Part shown: positions 8,957 through 19,568 of the stretch, in pieces
Numbering within the stretch: position 1 is the stretch's first letter
Layout: the number at the start of each line of letters is the position of its first letter
NCBI GenBank assembly: GCA_018062515.1
Contig: JAGOSC010000007.1
Location: forward strand, 1-56,864
DNA: 56,864 nt
Direction of reading: 5' to 3'
From: Candidatus Omnitrophota bacterium
GTDB lineage: Bacteria > Omnitrophota > Gorgyraeia > Zapsychrales > Zapsychraceae
Notes under the pieces: generated by a model
Told to the model about the DNA's origin: nothing
The model's input: the letters and a program-made list of their open reading frames with translations, nothing else
Database searches by the model: none
Program-made: the position numbers and the translations under genes

Positions 8957-10648
8957 ATGTCCAAAATCTGGAATATCAAAGCATCCAGTCCAACACTCCG
9001 AGACAAGCTCAGTCAATCGCTCGGAATACATCCTATCATTTCTCAACTTCTCATTAACCGATCCATTGAAGATCCTGATGAGGCGCGTCAATTCTTAAAT
9101 GCTGATTTGAATTCCCTTCATGATCCTTTTTTAATGAAGGGTATGCACAAGGCCGTTGAACGGATTCATCTTGCTGTTCAAAACAAAGAACGCGTGCTTG
9201 TTTTCGGCGACTATGACGTGGATGGTGTAACGTCTTCGGTTATCCTGAATAAAGCCTTAACGAAATTAGGTCTTGATTTGGTTCACCATATTCCTCATCG
9301 GATGACGGATGGATACGGTTTAAATCATGAAATTGCTGAATCGGCGTTTCAGCAAAAAGTCAGTTTGCTCATTACGATTGATTGCGGAATTACGGCCTAC
9401 GATGAGGTGGAATCGATCCGGAAAAAAGGAATTGATGTCATTATCATTGACCATCATGAGCCTTCGGACGGCGATTTGCCCAATGCCGTCGCTATTATCA
9501 ATCCAAAACAAAAAGATTGTCCCTATCCGTTTAAAGATTTAGCTTCCGTCGGTCTAGCCTTGAAAATTTCCTCGGCATTAACGAATCAAGTCGATAAAGA
9601 TTTATTATGTTTTGCCGCCTTGGGAACGGTGGCCGACGTTGTTCCTCTAAAAGGCGAAAATCGAACACTAGTTTATTTTGGTCTTAAATCCATTCACGAG
9701 ACCAACAATATTGGTTTGCGTGCCTTAGTCAAATCAGCCAAAATAAAAAAAGGACCGATCACGCCGTTTCATATTGGTTTTATTTTAGGTCCGCGCATCA
9801 ATGCGGCCGGACGAATGGGCACAGCGGAAACGTCTTTAAATTTATTTTTAAGTGATGATGAGACCCGCGTGGAAAATTTAGCCAAGGAGCTGGAAGTTCA
9901 TAATTTGGAAAGACAGAAGATGCAAAATGATACCATTGCCGAAGCCATTGATATCGTTGAGGAGCAAATCAATTTTAAAGATCAGAAAGTTATTGTGTTA
10001 AATAAAGAAGGTTGGCATAAAGGCGTTTTAGGTATTGTAGCGTCGCGATTAACGGATAAATATTTCCGGCCATCGATTGTCATATCAACTAAAGAAGGAA
10101 TTGGAACAGCGTCGTGCCGGTCGATTGACGGATTTCATATTCAAAATGCTTTACAAGAATGCCGGGGCGTTTTGGAAAATTATGGCGGGCATGAAGGCGC
10201 GGCGGGATTGACGATTAAACAAGATCAGATTGATCCGTTTAGAGAAATGATTAATACCGTTGCTCAACGGATTTTAGAAATAAAGAAATTAATTCCGGCC
10301 ATCAGTATTGAAAGCGAGATTCCGTTAAATCAGGTTGATATCAAGTTAGCGGATACGATTGAATCCATGCAGCCGTTTGGCGAAGGTAATCCTCAGCCAA
10401 TATTTTGTTCCAAAGGAGTCACCGTCAAAAGTTATCCGCAAATTCTCGGAAAAGCTACACTTAAATTTTGGATTGAACAGGGTGGGGAAACAATTTCAGC
10501 GGTCGGTTTTGGTATGGAAAAGTTTGCGGGATTAATACGTCCGGGTGAAAAGATTGATTTGGCTTATGAAATTTCCATTGATGATTGGAATAAAGCACCA
10601 CAAGCGCAGTTACGATTGAAAGATATTAAATTGAGCGATGAGAACTGA
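8957..10648 (+). CDS. recJ: Single-stranded-DNA-specific exonuclease RecJ
   Basis: DHH-family motifs DYDVDGVTS, DCGI, IIDHHEP and GGHEGAAG. 563 aa. Confidence 0.93.
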   Translation: MSKIWNIKASSPTLRDKLSQSLGIHPIISQLLINRSIEDPDEARQFLNADLNSLHDPFLMKGMHKAVERIHLAVQNKERVLVFGDYDVDGVTSSVILNKALTKLGLDLVHHIPHRMTDGYGLNHEIAESAFQQKVSLLITIDCGITAYDEVESIRKKGIDVIIIDHHEPSDGDLPNAVAIINPKQKDCPYPFKDLASVGLALKISSALTNQVDKDLLCFAALGTVADVVPLKGENRTLVYFGLKSIHETNNIGLRALVKSAKIKKGPITPFHIGFILGPRINAAGRMGTAETSLNLFLSDDETRVENLAKELEVHNLERQKMQNDTIAEAIDIVEEQINFKDQKVIVLNKEGWHKGVLGIVASRLTDKYFRPSIVISTKEGIGTASCRSIDGFHIQNALQECRGVLENYGGHEGAAGLTIKQDQIDPFREMINTVAQRILEIKKLIPAISIESEIPLNQVDIKLADTIESMQPFGEGNPQPIFCSKGVTVKSYPQILGKATLKFWIEQGGETISAVGFGMEKFAGLIRPGEKIDLAYEISIDDWNKAPQAQLRLKDIKLSDEN

Positions 10649-10652
10649 TCAA

Positions 10653-10880
10653 CTAAGCTTTAATCGCTCGGCCTTTTTGAATACAGCATACGCAAACTAG
10701 AGCTCGTTTTACTGATCCATTCAGGATGATTTTGATGTGCTGAAGATTAGGATAAAATCGACGAAGTGTTTTTCCAAGAATTTTAGAACCAGCACCGCCT
10801 GTTCTTTTGATTTGACCACGTCGTTTATACTTGTTGCCCGGTTGGGCGCCTTTATCGCAGAGTATACAAATTCTAGCCAT
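10653..10880 (-). CDS. rpmB: 50S ribosomal protein L28
   Basis: MARICILCDKG..GN....S......R.F.PNLQ pattern typical of L28. 75 aa. This is the only convincing minus-strand gene in the window. Confidence 0.9.
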   Translation of the reverse strand: MARICILCDKGAQPGNKYKRRGQIKRTGGAGSKILGKTLRRFYPNLQHIKIILNGSVKRALVCVCCIQKGRAIKA

Positions 10881-11015
10881 ATTTCTATTCCTCGGTTTAA
10901 GTATTGAAAATAAAAGTATACTTAAATTAAAATTTTTGTCAAGATTATATTTTTATTAACATGAATTTTCATAAGTATTTGATATATAACAATTTATAAG
11001 AACGGAGAATTACCG

Positions 11016-12755
11016 ATGAACCCGTCTCAAACAGTATCTCTCGCATTTGATCAACTCACGCCATTTCAGCCAAGACAATTTATTCCTTCCAGAATCGACT
11101 TAACGGATATTGAAAATATCAAAACACTGTATCAAAAATTGATCGATCGAAAAATCAATAATGAAAAAGAATTTGAACAGTGGATTTTAGATCGCTCGGA
11201 ATTGAATGCGGGATTGGAACAAGCGGGCGCCATTCTCTATATACGTATGACTTGTCAAACAGATGATGAGTCCAGAGCTAAGGCATACACTCGTTTTATT
11301 GAAGAGGTTTCGCCGGCTGTGAAACCTTTGGATGACCAATTGAACAAGATGTTCTTAGAATTAAAAAATAAATATGCTTTGAATGAAGATCGCTACGCGA
11401 TTTATACGCGGGATATAAAAACACAAGTCGAACTTTTTACTCCGAAAAACATTGAATTACAAACGCAAGTGGAATTGCTCTCTCAGGAATATCAAAAAAT
11501 TTGCGGGGCAATGACGGTTCATTTTAACGGAAAAGATCACACCATGCCGGAAATGTCTAAGTATTTATTGGAACAAAATAGGGAGTTACGTGAAAAGGCC
11601 TGGCGCGCGACGAGCGAACGGCGTCTTCAAGATAAAGATAAGCTTGAAGATTTATTTGAAAAAATGTTAGGTATTCGTCATCAAATTGCTCTTAACGCCG
11701 GTTTTAAAAATTTTATGGAATATAAATTCCGCGCTTTGCATCGATTCGATTATACGCCGGAAGATTGTAAACAATATCATCGGACGATCGAGAAAACCGT
11801 GGTTCCATTGTGGTCGCAAATTTGCCAGAGAAGAAAGAATGAAATGAAGGTATCTAACCTTCGTCCATGGGATGGCGAAGTTGATCCGTTAGGGCGGGCA
11901 CCTTTAAAACCGTTTGAACAAGTCAATGACTTGATTGCCAAGTGCAAGAAAATATTTCATCTGGTCGATCCCGATTTTGGGAAATATTTTGATTCTATGG
12001 CGGAAAGCGGCATGCTGGATTTAGCGTCGAGAAAAGGAAAAGCCCCCGGCGGTTATCAGACCAGTTTGGATGAATCAAGGCGTCCATTTATTTTTATGAA
12101 TGCCGTCGGAATGGATGGCGATATTAATACTTTACTGCACGAAGGCGGGCATGCTTTTCATACATTAAGTTGCCGGCACGATCCTTTAGTTGATTACCGT
12201 CACGGGCCTATGGAGTTTAATGAGGTTGCTTCGATGGCCATGGAATTATTAGCGGGTGAATATCTGGATGAATTTTATTCCAAAGAAGAAAAACAGCGTT
12301 CCAGAGAAAATCATTTGGAAGATATCGTGTATGTGCTGGCTTGGGTGGCAACGATTGACAGTTTTCAGCATTGGATTTATGAAAACCCAACACATACCAG
12401 AGAACAGCGACGGGAAATGTGGGTGAACATCCGGCGCAGCTTTAGCGGCGGAGTATTTGATTGGGCTGGTTTAGAAGCGGCGGAGAATTATTTGTGGCAT
12501 CGGCAGCTGCATATTTTTGAAGTACCTTTTTATTATATTGAATATGGAATCGCGCAGCTGGGCGCTTTGCAAGTATGGCAAAATGCCAAGAAAAATTGGA
12601 AAAAAGCGGTACAGGATTATAAAAGCGGTTTAGAATTGGGAGGGGCAAAACCTCTTCCGGAGATATATGCAAAGGCAGGAATTAAGTTTGATTTCTCGGA
12701 ACGTATTATTAGCCCTCTTATGGAGGCGGTTAAGGCGGAATTAAAACTTAGCTAA
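11016..12755 (+). CDS. pepF: M3B-family oligoendopeptidase F
   Basis: HEGGHAFH zinc motif. 579 aa. SD GGAG upstream. Confidence 0.85.
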   Translation: MNPSQTVSLAFDQLTPFQPRQFIPSRIDLTDIENIKTLYQKLIDRKINNEKEFEQWILDRSELNAGLEQAGAILYIRMTCQTDDESRAKAYTRFIEEVSPAVKPLDDQLNKMFLELKNKYALNEDRYAIYTRDIKTQVELFTPKNIELQTQVELLSQEYQKICGAMTVHFNGKDHTMPEMSKYLLEQNRELREKAWRATSERRLQDKDKLEDLFEKMLGIRHQIALNAGFKNFMEYKFRALHRFDYTPEDCKQYHRTIEKTVVPLWSQICQRRKNEMKVSNLRPWDGEVDPLGRAPLKPFEQVNDLIAKCKKIFHLVDPDFGKYFDSMAESGMLDLASRKGKAPGGYQTSLDESRRPFIFMNAVGMDGDINTLLHEGGHAFHTLSCRHDPLVDYRHGPMEFNEVASMAMELLAGEYLDEFYSKEEKQRSRENHLEDIVYVLAWVATIDSFQHWIYENPTHTREQRREMWVNIRRSFSGGVFDWAGLEAAENYLWHRQLHIFEVPFYYIEYGIAQLGALQVWQNAKKNWKKAVQDYKSGLELGGAKPLPEIYAKAGIKFDFSERIISPLMEAVKAELKLS

Positions 12756-12850
12756 AATTCTGACTTTTTAGTTTCTAAAATTTTAATTATAGTATATGAT
12801 CTTAGGTATAATTATTTAATAGATTTTAAATAAGATGAGAGGTTGAACTT

Positions 12851-13507
12851 ATGAAAATAAGAATGTTTATTTTTTCCCTGATATCCCTTTTTTTGATCAC
12901 ACCATCCACGCAGGCCATCGAAGGTCTTTTGGCCACACCCGAAACAATTTTACAATTAAGAAAAGATTTACGTGATAATCACATCCGTGTCGGCTACACC
13001 CGACTTCATGAAATTATTGAGAATTACGGAAAGGCATTATCTATCACGGATGATGACCGAAGAGTCGTTTTTGAGTATGATGATATCCGTACGGAGTTTG
13101 TAAAAAATCGGCTTTGGCGCTCATGGACATATGATGGTTTTCGTAAGCCGGTTTATACTCAAGATGTGGATAAATTAAGATTCGATTTAGAAAGTGAAGA
13201 GTTGGTTGGAGATAATATTACGATTGCCAAAATAGTCAAAGATTATGGTGAACCTACCGAATCCGCTGTTTCCGAAGAAGATGGGCAAGAGACAGTATAT
13301 TATTATGGAGATATTAAGCTCGTTTTCGAAAATGTTTTTGTTTTACGCAGTTGGAAAGCCCAAAATTTAGCTGACAATGCTCCTGCCGAAGGTAATATAA
13401 GTACACCGGAAATAGTAGCTAACACAGTCGCACCGGAAGCAACAAAAAAAGTCACACCAGAACCAACGACTAAAACTACACCGGAAGTAGCCAATCAGGG
13501 AAAGTAA
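12851..13507 (+). CDS. Exported hypothetical protein with a Thr/Pro/Glu-rich C-terminal tail
   Basis: N-terminal signal peptide (MKIRMFIFSLISLFLITPSTQA). C-terminal PE(A/P)T(K)K(V)TPE repeats. Confidence 0.65.
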   Translation: MKIRMFIFSLISLFLITPSTQAIEGLLATPETILQLRKDLRDNHIRVGYTRLHEIIENYGKALSITDDDRRVVFEYDDIRTEFVKNRLWRSWTYDGFRKPVYTQDVDKLRFDLESEELVGDNITIAKIVKDYGEPTESAVSEEDGQETVYYYGDIKLVFENVFVLRSWKAQNLADNAPAEGNISTPEIVANTVAPEATKKVTPEPTTKTTPEVANQGK

Positions 13508-13530
13508 TAGGACGATTTAAAAATATTGAT

Positions 13531-13566
13531 AGCCCACCTATTGAATCTCTCTAGGTGGGCTTTTCA
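13531..13566 (+). terminator. Rho-independent terminator
   Basis: Perfect 10-bp stem AGCCCACCTA / TAGGTGGGCT with an 11-nt loop, followed by TTTTC. Confidence 0.75.
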
Positions 13567-13599
13567 TTCGAAATGTATAAATTTTCAAAGGAGAAGTTG

Positions 13600-14262
13600 A
13601 TGAAATTAGCAGATCATTTTTTATCTCGATTGGCATTGACGGCTTACTTTTTTTTGATTTGTTCAGGTGCTTATGCCCAGAATAATGTAGAAAATCGGGT
13701 TCAGGCGCTTGAAGAATATGTTGAGACATTTCAGCCCACCTTAGTCAAATTTTCAGAAGAACTTCAAAATAATATTCAGGATTACACAAAACAATTAGAA
13801 CAAAATTTGGAAAATTTTTCCGCTGGTCTTCAAACGCAAGTGAATACGCAGATAAAAGAATTAAAAAGAGGTGTCATCGTTTTAGATCCCAGTACGCCCG
13901 CGTTTCAAAGTGTAGATACAAACGGCGGCCAATTTTTAGTTTCGATTGACCGCGTCGAGCAAATGCCCAGCGGTTCATTCAGATTATACTTAAATATAGG
14001 AAATTTAAATAACGCGGATTATAAAGGTTTTAAGATTAATATCGTATGGGGAAAGAAATTTTATGCCGGATATACACAAAAGATAGAGGAATGGCGCGAT
14101 ACGTTAAAAGGCGCGGAGTACACGTTTGACGGCACCTTGACGCGCGGCGCTTGGAATCAAGCCCAATTAGATATCCAAGTTCCTGATTCCAGTGATTTAG
14201 GATATATTGAATTTGAAATGGTCGTTTTGTCCGTCGAGCTTCAATCAGCTGTCACCCAATAA
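13600..14262 (+). CDS. Exported hypothetical protein (coiled-coil N-terminal half)
   Basis: The ATG at 13600 follows SD AAGGAG. Signal peptide ..FFLICSGAYAQ. The ORF-track start at 13555 lies inside the upstream terminator. Confidence 0.65.
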   Translation: MKLADHFLSRLALTAYFFLICSGAYAQNNVENRVQALEEYVETFQPTLVKFSEELQNNIQDYTKQLEQNLENFSAGLQTQVNTQIKELKRGVIVLDPSTPAFQSVDTNGGQFLVSIDRVEQMPSGSFRLYLNIGNLNNADYKGFKINIVWGKKFYAGYTQKIEEWRDTLKGAEYTFDGTLTRGAWNQAQLDIQVPDSSDLGYIEFEMVVLSVELQSAVTQ

Positions 14263-14263
14263 T

Positions 14264-14590
14264 ATGATATTCCGTAAAGAAATCAGCTTTCTTATTTTAT
14301 TGTTAAGCCTCGGCGTCAGTCAACCGTCTTTGGCTCAAGATTTCAAGCGGTTTGATGAAAAACGCGGATATGATATTTATTTTCGTAGCGGTGAGAATCA
14401 TATGTCGGTCGTGGAAGATGTAAGTATTTTGGGTTTTCAGCAAATCGCAGAAAAAGAATTTTTGATTGTTAAATCAAAAGGCTTTAAGTTATCGGATGAC
14501 GCCGGATATATTTTATTCGATTCGATTATTGCCATCCTCCCGGAAAATGATTTTAGAATCCGAAAAAGTGATTCTATTCAAGTCAGATAG
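14264..14590 (+). CDS. Exported hypothetical protein
   Basis: MIFRKEISFLILLLSLGVSQPSLAQ signal peptide. The ATG lies 1 nt after the previous stop. The track start at 14207 overlaps the previous gene. Confidence 0.55.
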   Translation: MIFRKEISFLILLLSLGVSQPSLAQDFKRFDEKRGYDIYFRSGENHMSVVEDVSILGFQQIAEKEFLIVKSKGFKLSDDAGYILFDSIIAILPENDFRIRKSDSIQVR

Positions 14591-14598
14591 AGTTTTTA

Positions 14599-15159
14599 AT
14601 GAGTAAACGCAAGAGTAAGGCCAACAAAAAAATTCTCGTCGAAGGCCGATTTTTGCGTTTTGTAAAAACAGCTGATTGGGAATACGTCGAACGGATTAAT
14701 TGCAGCGATATTGTGATCATTGTGGCTATGACCGAAGATGAGAAGGTTATTTTGGTTGAACAATATCGCCCCCCGGTTAAGAAATTTGTAATTGAATTTC
14801 CCGCCGGGTTGATTAATGATCAGCCATCCAGAAAGCATGAATCCATAATGGCTGGTGCCAAACGGGAGTTATTGGAAGAAACGGGTTATCGCGCTAAAAA
14901 AATGGTTAAAATCACCGATGGTCCAACGTCGGGCGGTTCGAGCGCGGATATTGTCACGATATTCAGGGCTTATGGTTTAGAAAAAGTAGGGCAAGGTGGT
15001 GGTGATGAAACGGAAGCGATCAAGATCCATGAAGTTCCAATAAGAAATATTGATCGGTGGTTGCAGAACCAGGGTAAGAAAGGCCGCTTAATTGAACCTA
15101 AAATTTACACTGGACTTTATTTCTTAAAGAATTATAATAAATTTTCTCGCAAAAAATAA
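14599..15159 (+). CDS. NUDIX hydrolase (ADP-ribose pyrophosphatase-like)
   Basis: Nudix box G.KRELLEETGY. Confidence 0.85.
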   Translation: MSKRKSKANKKILVEGRFLRFVKTADWEYVERINCSDIVIIVAMTEDEKVILVEQYRPPVKKFVIEFPAGLINDQPSRKHESIMAGAKRELLEETGYRAKKMVKITDGPTSGGSSADIVTIFRAYGLEKVGQGGGDETEAIKIHEVPIRNIDRWLQNQGKKGRLIEPKIYTGLYFLKNYNKFSRKK

Positions 15160-15231
15160 TTCTGATTTTCAAAAATCATGATATAGTTCAAGCGTTTCTT
15201 AATTGTAATCGGTAAAAAGGAGTGTTTTTAA

Positions 15232-16281
15232 ATGAGTAATATTGCTGAATTGTTAGGCGATCAAGCCAAAAATTTATTGGATCATCAATGTAAAACCATT
15301 TCCAAAGAATCACTTACGCTTCCCAGTCCTGATTTTGTCGACGACATATTTATAAATTCAGATCGTTCGAACACCGTTTTAAGAAATTTACAATCTCTAT
15401 ATGATCATGGACGCTTAGGCGGAACTGGTTATTTATCAATTTTGCCCGTCGATCAGGGAATTGAACACACCGCTGGCGCTTCATTCGCGCCGAATCCAAT
15501 GTATTTTGATCCGGAAAATATTATCAAATTAGCCTATGAAGGCGGATGTAATGCGGTTGCATCTACCCTGGGTGTTCTGGGTTTATATTCACGCAAATAT
15601 GCGCATCGCATTCCATTTGTTTTAAAAATTAATCATAATGAACTTTTAACATATCCGAATAAGCATGATCAACGTTTATTTGCGGATGTTGAACAAGCCT
15701 ATGATATGGGAGCTGTCGGTATCGGGGCGACGATTTATTTCGGTTCTCAAGAATCCTCAAGACAAATCGAAGAAATTTCTGCTCAATTTAAAAGAGCCCA
15801 TGAACTTGGATTGTTCACTATATTATGGTGCTACACGCGAAATAATGCGTTTACAACACCGGAAAAAGATTATCATGTGTCAGCAGATATTACAGGTCAA
15901 GCGAATCATCTTGGCGTAACCATTGGCGCGGATATCATTAAACAAAAACTTCCGGAAAATAATGGCGGATTTAATGCGATTAAATTCGCAAAAACGCATA
16001 AACTCGTTTACAGCCAGCTTTCCAGTGATCATCCGATCGATTTATGCCGTTATCAAGTCGCTAATTGCTACATGGGAAAAATTGGTTTGATTAATTCCGG
16101 CGGTGCGTCGGGAAGTAATGATTTTCAAGAAGCAGCCATTACAGCGGTTATTAATAAAAGAGCTGGCGGCATGGGATTAATTTCCGGTCGAAAAGCATTT
16201 CAACGGCCTATGGCCGAAGGTGTAAAGCTGCTTAATTTGATTCAAGATGTTTATTTATCAAAAGAAATTACTGTAGCTTAA
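15232..16281 (+). CDS. fbaB: Class I fructose-bisphosphate aldolase (FbaB/DhnA type)
   Basis: Colinear with my recollection of E. coli FbaB: [32 protein letters not shown] and [19 protein letters not shown]. 349 aa. Confidence 0.9.
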   Translation: MSNIAELLGDQAKNLLDHQCKTISKESLTLPSPDFVDDIFINSDRSNTVLRNLQSLYDHGRLGGTGYLSILPVDQGIEHTAGASFAPNPMYFDPENIIKLAYEGGCNAVASTLGVLGLYSRKYAHRIPFVLKINHNELLTYPNKHDQRLFADVEQAYDMGAVGIGATIYFGSQESSRQIEEISAQFKRAHELGLFTILWCYTRNNAFTTPEKDYHVSADITGQANHLGVTIGADIIKQKLPENNGGFNAIKFAKTHKLVYSQLSSDHPIDLCRYQVANCYMGKIGLINSGGASGSNDFQEAAITAVINKRAGGMGLISGRKAFQRPMAEGVKLLNLIQDVYLSKEITVA

Positions 16282-16298
16282 GTATTTATTGGTATTTG

Positions 16299-16347
16299 AA
16301 AAGGAGTTATTATCATTTCGAAAATGGTCATAACTCCTTTTTCTTTC
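16299..16347 (+). terminator. Rho-independent terminator
   Basis: 12-nt arms AAAAGGAGTTAT / ATAACTCCTTTT with a 19-nt loop and a T-rich tail. Confidence 0.6.
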
Positions 16348-16403
16348 TATGATATAATCCCACCAGATTATTAACTTCGACACACCGATGATAAGGTTTT
16401 AAA

Positions 16404-17009
16404 ATGGATATATTTGAAGCCATAAGGCAAAGACGTTCCGTGAAACATTATGACTCCGGCCACGCAATGTCGGCTGGAGAAATTGATCAGTTGATGTCTG
16501 CTGTCATTTTGTCTCCGACGTCATTTAACATGCAGAATTGGCGGTTCGTCTTGGTTCAGGATAAACAATTAAGAGAAGAAATTAGAAAAGCTTCCTGGAA
16601 TCAAGCGCAAGTCACTGATGCTTCTTTATTAATCATTTTGTGTGCGGATAAAAACGCTTGGAAAGATTCACACCGCTACTGGTCATCAGCGCCGGAACAC
16701 GTGCGTGATTATTTGGTCAGAGAAACAGAAAAGTTTTATCAAAGTGATTTACAGATGCAGCATGATGAGACCATGCGATCCTGCGGCATCGCGGCCCAAA
16801 CCTTAATGCTTGCGGCTAAATCCATGGGTTATGATTCTTGTCCGATGGTCGGTTTTGATTTTAAGAAAGTAGCGGAATTGATTCATTTACCTAAAGATTA
16901 CGTGATTACGATGTTTGTCGTCGTCGGAAAAGGAATAAAGCTTGCCCACGAACGCGGCAGACAATTATCCATGAAAGAGGTAATAATTTATGACCATTTT
17001 AAAAAATAA
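16404..17009 (+). CDS. Nitroreductase-family oxidoreductase
   Basis: N-terminal RRSVKHY motif and about 200 aa length, typical of the NfsB/FRase family. Confidence 0.8.
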   Translation: MDIFEAIRQRRSVKHYDSGHAMSAGEIDQLMSAVILSPTSFNMQNWRFVLVQDKQLREEIRKASWNQAQVTDASLLIILCADKNAWKDSHRYWSSAPEHVRDYLVRETEKFYQSDLQMQHDETMRSCGIAAQTLMLAAKSMGYDSCPMVGFDFKKVAELIHLPKDYVITMFVVVGKGIKLAHERGRQLSMKEVIIYDHFKK

Positions 17010-17583
17010 TATTTCAAAGTTATTAATGTCCATTGGCTTAATGCTCAGTCTTACGAGTGAGTGTTATGCTCTGCAAATTAGTCAGGAAAAATTTAAAGAT
17101 GTGTATAAGTACGAAGAACAAAAAATTGAGCTTGTCATCCTGGGCGTGGCTTTAAAAAGATTCTCGGTGCTGAAAGAAGTGGCCGTTGGTTTTTACTCCG
17201 TCAAAGAGACGACGGAGGAGCAAATTTTGACTAATGTTCCGAAAAGAATTGAGGTCGCCAGCATACAAAAAATATCGAAAGAGGAATTTACCAAAGAAAC
17301 ACTCAAAGGAATGGCGGAGAATTTAGAGCCGGATACATACAAAGCCCTACAAGAAAAAATCCAACAGTTAACAAATTGGTATATAGATTTAGAACCCGGC
17401 GATCGGTACGCGTTTACTTATTTGCCCGGCATTGGGACTCAAATTGATCTTAATGGTGTTAAACAGGGAATTATCGAGGGAGAAGACTTTGCATATGGAT
17501 TATTCTCCATTTACATCGGTGCCAAGCCGAGTGATATTCGGGCCAAGCAAAAACTGATAGGCCGGCTGAATATGTATCAATGA
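16990..17583 (+). CDS. Exported chalcone-isomerase-like family protein
   Basis: Signal peptide (..LSLTSECYA). The C-terminal ..DFAYGLFSIYIGAKPSD.. resembles bacterial CHI-like domain proteins. Family call is tentative. Confidence 0.5.
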   Translation: MTILKNNISKLLMSIGLMLSLTSECYALQISQEKFKDVYKYEEQKIELVILGVALKRFSVLKEVAVGFYSVKETTEEQILTNVPKRIEVASIQKISKEEFTKETLKGMAENLEPDTYKALQEKIQQLTNWYIDLEPGDRYAFTYLPGIGTQIDLNGVKQGIIEGEDFAYGLFSIYIGAKPSDIRAKQKLIGRLNMYQ

Positions 17584-17651
17584 TAAAATTCTTGTTTAAA
17601 CATAAAAAGCGCGTGCTAGAATAGGTTAAAATTAAATATGAAAGTTATCTT

Positions 17652-18416
17652 ATGAATTTAAAAATGATCATCACGATCATGATTTTTTTGTCCGTCTTCA
17701 CACCATATTCATTGGTGAGTGCTGAACAGATTTTAGGCAGCACCTCCAAATTTAAAAAAGAAAATCCGGATGGACGTAAATATGAATTTACCCGCGATTA
17801 TCTCACCAGCCTCGAGTATTTAAAGAAAAATTCAGAACAATATGAACTCACCCGAAAAGCCTCTGCGGAATATAAAGAAGAGCAGCGAATATCAGCTTTA
17901 AAAACGGAATTGATTCAAAATAATGTCAATCTCCGTGTTGCCCGGAACTATTTAAAAAAGTATCACACTCAAACGAATAATGGTTTGATGCTCAATGTGT
18001 CGGATATTTTTACCAAAGTTTGTGATCAGTTGATCGAACTGAATAATCAGGAAAAAATATTGCTCGATAAAATGCTGGCATTTCATAAGGGATCGGCGGA
18101 GAAGGTCAATATGAGTACCGTTGAGGCTGATCGAGTAAAGATTTATCAATCCCGTAAAGATTCGTTAAAGGATTTACTAAAAGCTTCGATTCTGGTGACA
18201 AAAGTACTGGTGAGTAATCAAGAAAATCAGAACGGGACATTTAATCGTCTGGGAATCACGCAGGAACAAAGATATAAACTTCTGGAAAAGCTGAACCATT
18301 TTAGCGAAGAGACTTATAGAGGGGAGCTCCGCAGCGGACAAACATTTCTGGAAGGCAGCGTCGTCACCATTCGTGAAATTTTGGAAGATTATAATTACCA
18401 ATCAAATGATGGTTAG
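17652..18416 (+). CDS. Exported hypothetical protein
   Basis: Signal peptide MNLKMIITIMIFLSVFTPYSLVSA. No motif recognised. Confidence 0.6.
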   Translation: MNLKMIITIMIFLSVFTPYSLVSAEQILGSTSKFKKENPDGRKYEFTRDYLTSLEYLKKNSEQYELTRKASAEYKEEQRISALKTELIQNNVNLRVARNYLKKYHTQTNNGLMLNVSDIFTKVCDQLIELNNQEKILLDKMLAFHKGSAEKVNMSTVEADRVKIYQSRKDSLKDLLKASILVTKVLVSNQENQNGTFNRLGITQEQRYKLLEKLNHFSEETYRGELRSGQTFLEGSVVTIREILEDYNYQSNDG

Positions 18417-18473
18417 AACAGGCTAGTTTTTTGTACAGCTTACTTTAAATCAAAGAAAGTAAGGAGCTGGGAC

Positions 18474-18674
18474 ATGAATAAAGACGAATACAATAAACTT
18501 ATAAAAAATAAGCAGGTTATAGAAGAAATAAACCGTCATTTATGGATTGAAAGTGAGAAGGCTGGGTATGATATCGGCTTTGAAAAAGCCGCCGCTGATT
18601 GGATGGAACGTTTTTCAAAGGCTTGGATGAATTATCATATGCCTAAAAAGAAATCTCCGAAAACAAAGACGTAG
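18474..18674 (+). CDS. Small hypothetical protein (66 aa)
   Basis: SD AAGGAG 7 nt upstream. HLWIESEKAGYDIG..AA.DW motif of unknown function. Confidence 0.55.
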   Translation: MNKDEYNKLIKNKQVIEEINRHLWIESEKAGYDIGFEKAAADWMERFSKAWMNYHMPKKKSPKTKT

Positions 18675-18769
18675 AAAAAGTGCCGCTAATATTTCTTTCG
18701 AAAATATATCTTATCTAAATTCCCAAATAATACAAATCATCAAGCCTAAACTTGAGGAGGTTTTAGTTC

Positions 18770-19519
18770 ATGTCAGAATATAAAGTAGTTTTATTAAGAC
18801 ACGGCGAAAGTACTTGGAATAAGGAAAATAAATTTACCGGATGGAAAGATGTTGATCTCTCCGATAAAGGAAAGAGTGAAGCCGCTCAAGCTGGCCGCTT
18901 GCTTAAAGCGGAAGGTTATACATTTGATATAGCCTTTACATCGCTTTTAAAAAGAGCGATTAGAACGCAGTCTTTATGTTTAGATGAAATGGATTTGTTG
19001 TGGATTCCGGTCATAAAAGATTGGAAATTGAATGAACGTCATTATGGCGACTTGCAAGGCTTAAATAAAGCCGAAACCGCCAAGAAATTTGGTGAGGAAC
19101 AAGTATTGGTATGGAGAAGAAGTTACGATATTCCTCCACCAGCTTTATCAAAAGATGATGAACGTTACCCTGGTAAGGATCCTCGGTACAAAGGACTATC
19201 GGCTAAAGAAATTCCGCTCACTGAGAGTCTGAAGACTACGGTGGCTCGTGTGATCCCGTACTGGAAAAATGTCATTGCTCCGGAAGTTAAGAAGGGTAAG
19301 AATGTGTTGATTACCGCCCATGGCAATAGCTTGCGCGCTCTCGTCAAACATTTGGATAATATGACGGAAGATGAAATTTTAAATCTTAATATCCCGACGG
19401 GAATACCATTGGTTTATGAGTTGGATAAAAATTTAAAGCCGATCAAACATTATTATCTAGGCGATCAGGACGCTATCGCTCAAGCTGCTAAAGCAGTCGC
19501 TAATCAGGGAAAAGGATAA
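18770..19519 (+). CDS. gpmA: 2,3-bisphosphoglycerate-dependent phosphoglycerate mutase
   Basis: [10 protein letters not shown] catalytic-His motif, ERHYG and [17 protein letters not shown] upstream. Confidence 0.95.
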   Translation: MSEYKVVLLRHGESTWNKENKFTGWKDVDLSDKGKSEAAQAGRLLKAEGYTFDIAFTSLLKRAIRTQSLCLDEMDLLWIPVIKDWKLNERHYGDLQGLNKAETAKKFGEEQVLVWRRSYDIPPPALSKDDERYPGKDPRYKGLSAKEIPLTESLKTTVARVIPYWKNVIAPEVKKGKNVLITAHGNSLRALVKHLDNMTEDEILNLNIPTGIPLVYELDKNLKPIKHYYLGDQDAIAQAAKAVANQGKG

Positions 19520-19568
19520 TCTTTTCCTATTATTGACGTTGTAATCCATTTTAAATAGACGCTGTTAA

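Noticed and set aside
10897-10929. 9-bp inverted repeat TTTAAGTAT/ATACTTAAA in the rpmB-pepF divergent region.
   Set aside because: It is short and AT-only, so it could be chance. There is no supporting context.
13555-13599. Longer N-terminal extensions given by the ORF track. Examples: 13555, 14207, 22614, 35807, 32088, 30519, 44398, 5183, 7252, 54565.
   Set aside because: The extensions run through terminator hairpins or overlap the preceding gene. Downstream in-frame ATGs have better SDs, signal peptides or conserved N-termini, so I used those instead.
18437-18468. Hairpin (CTTACTTT/AAAGTAAG) that overlaps the SD of the 66-aa ORF.
   Set aside because: It has only 8 bp of mostly A-T pairs, which is too weak and too short to claim a regulatory role without conservation data.
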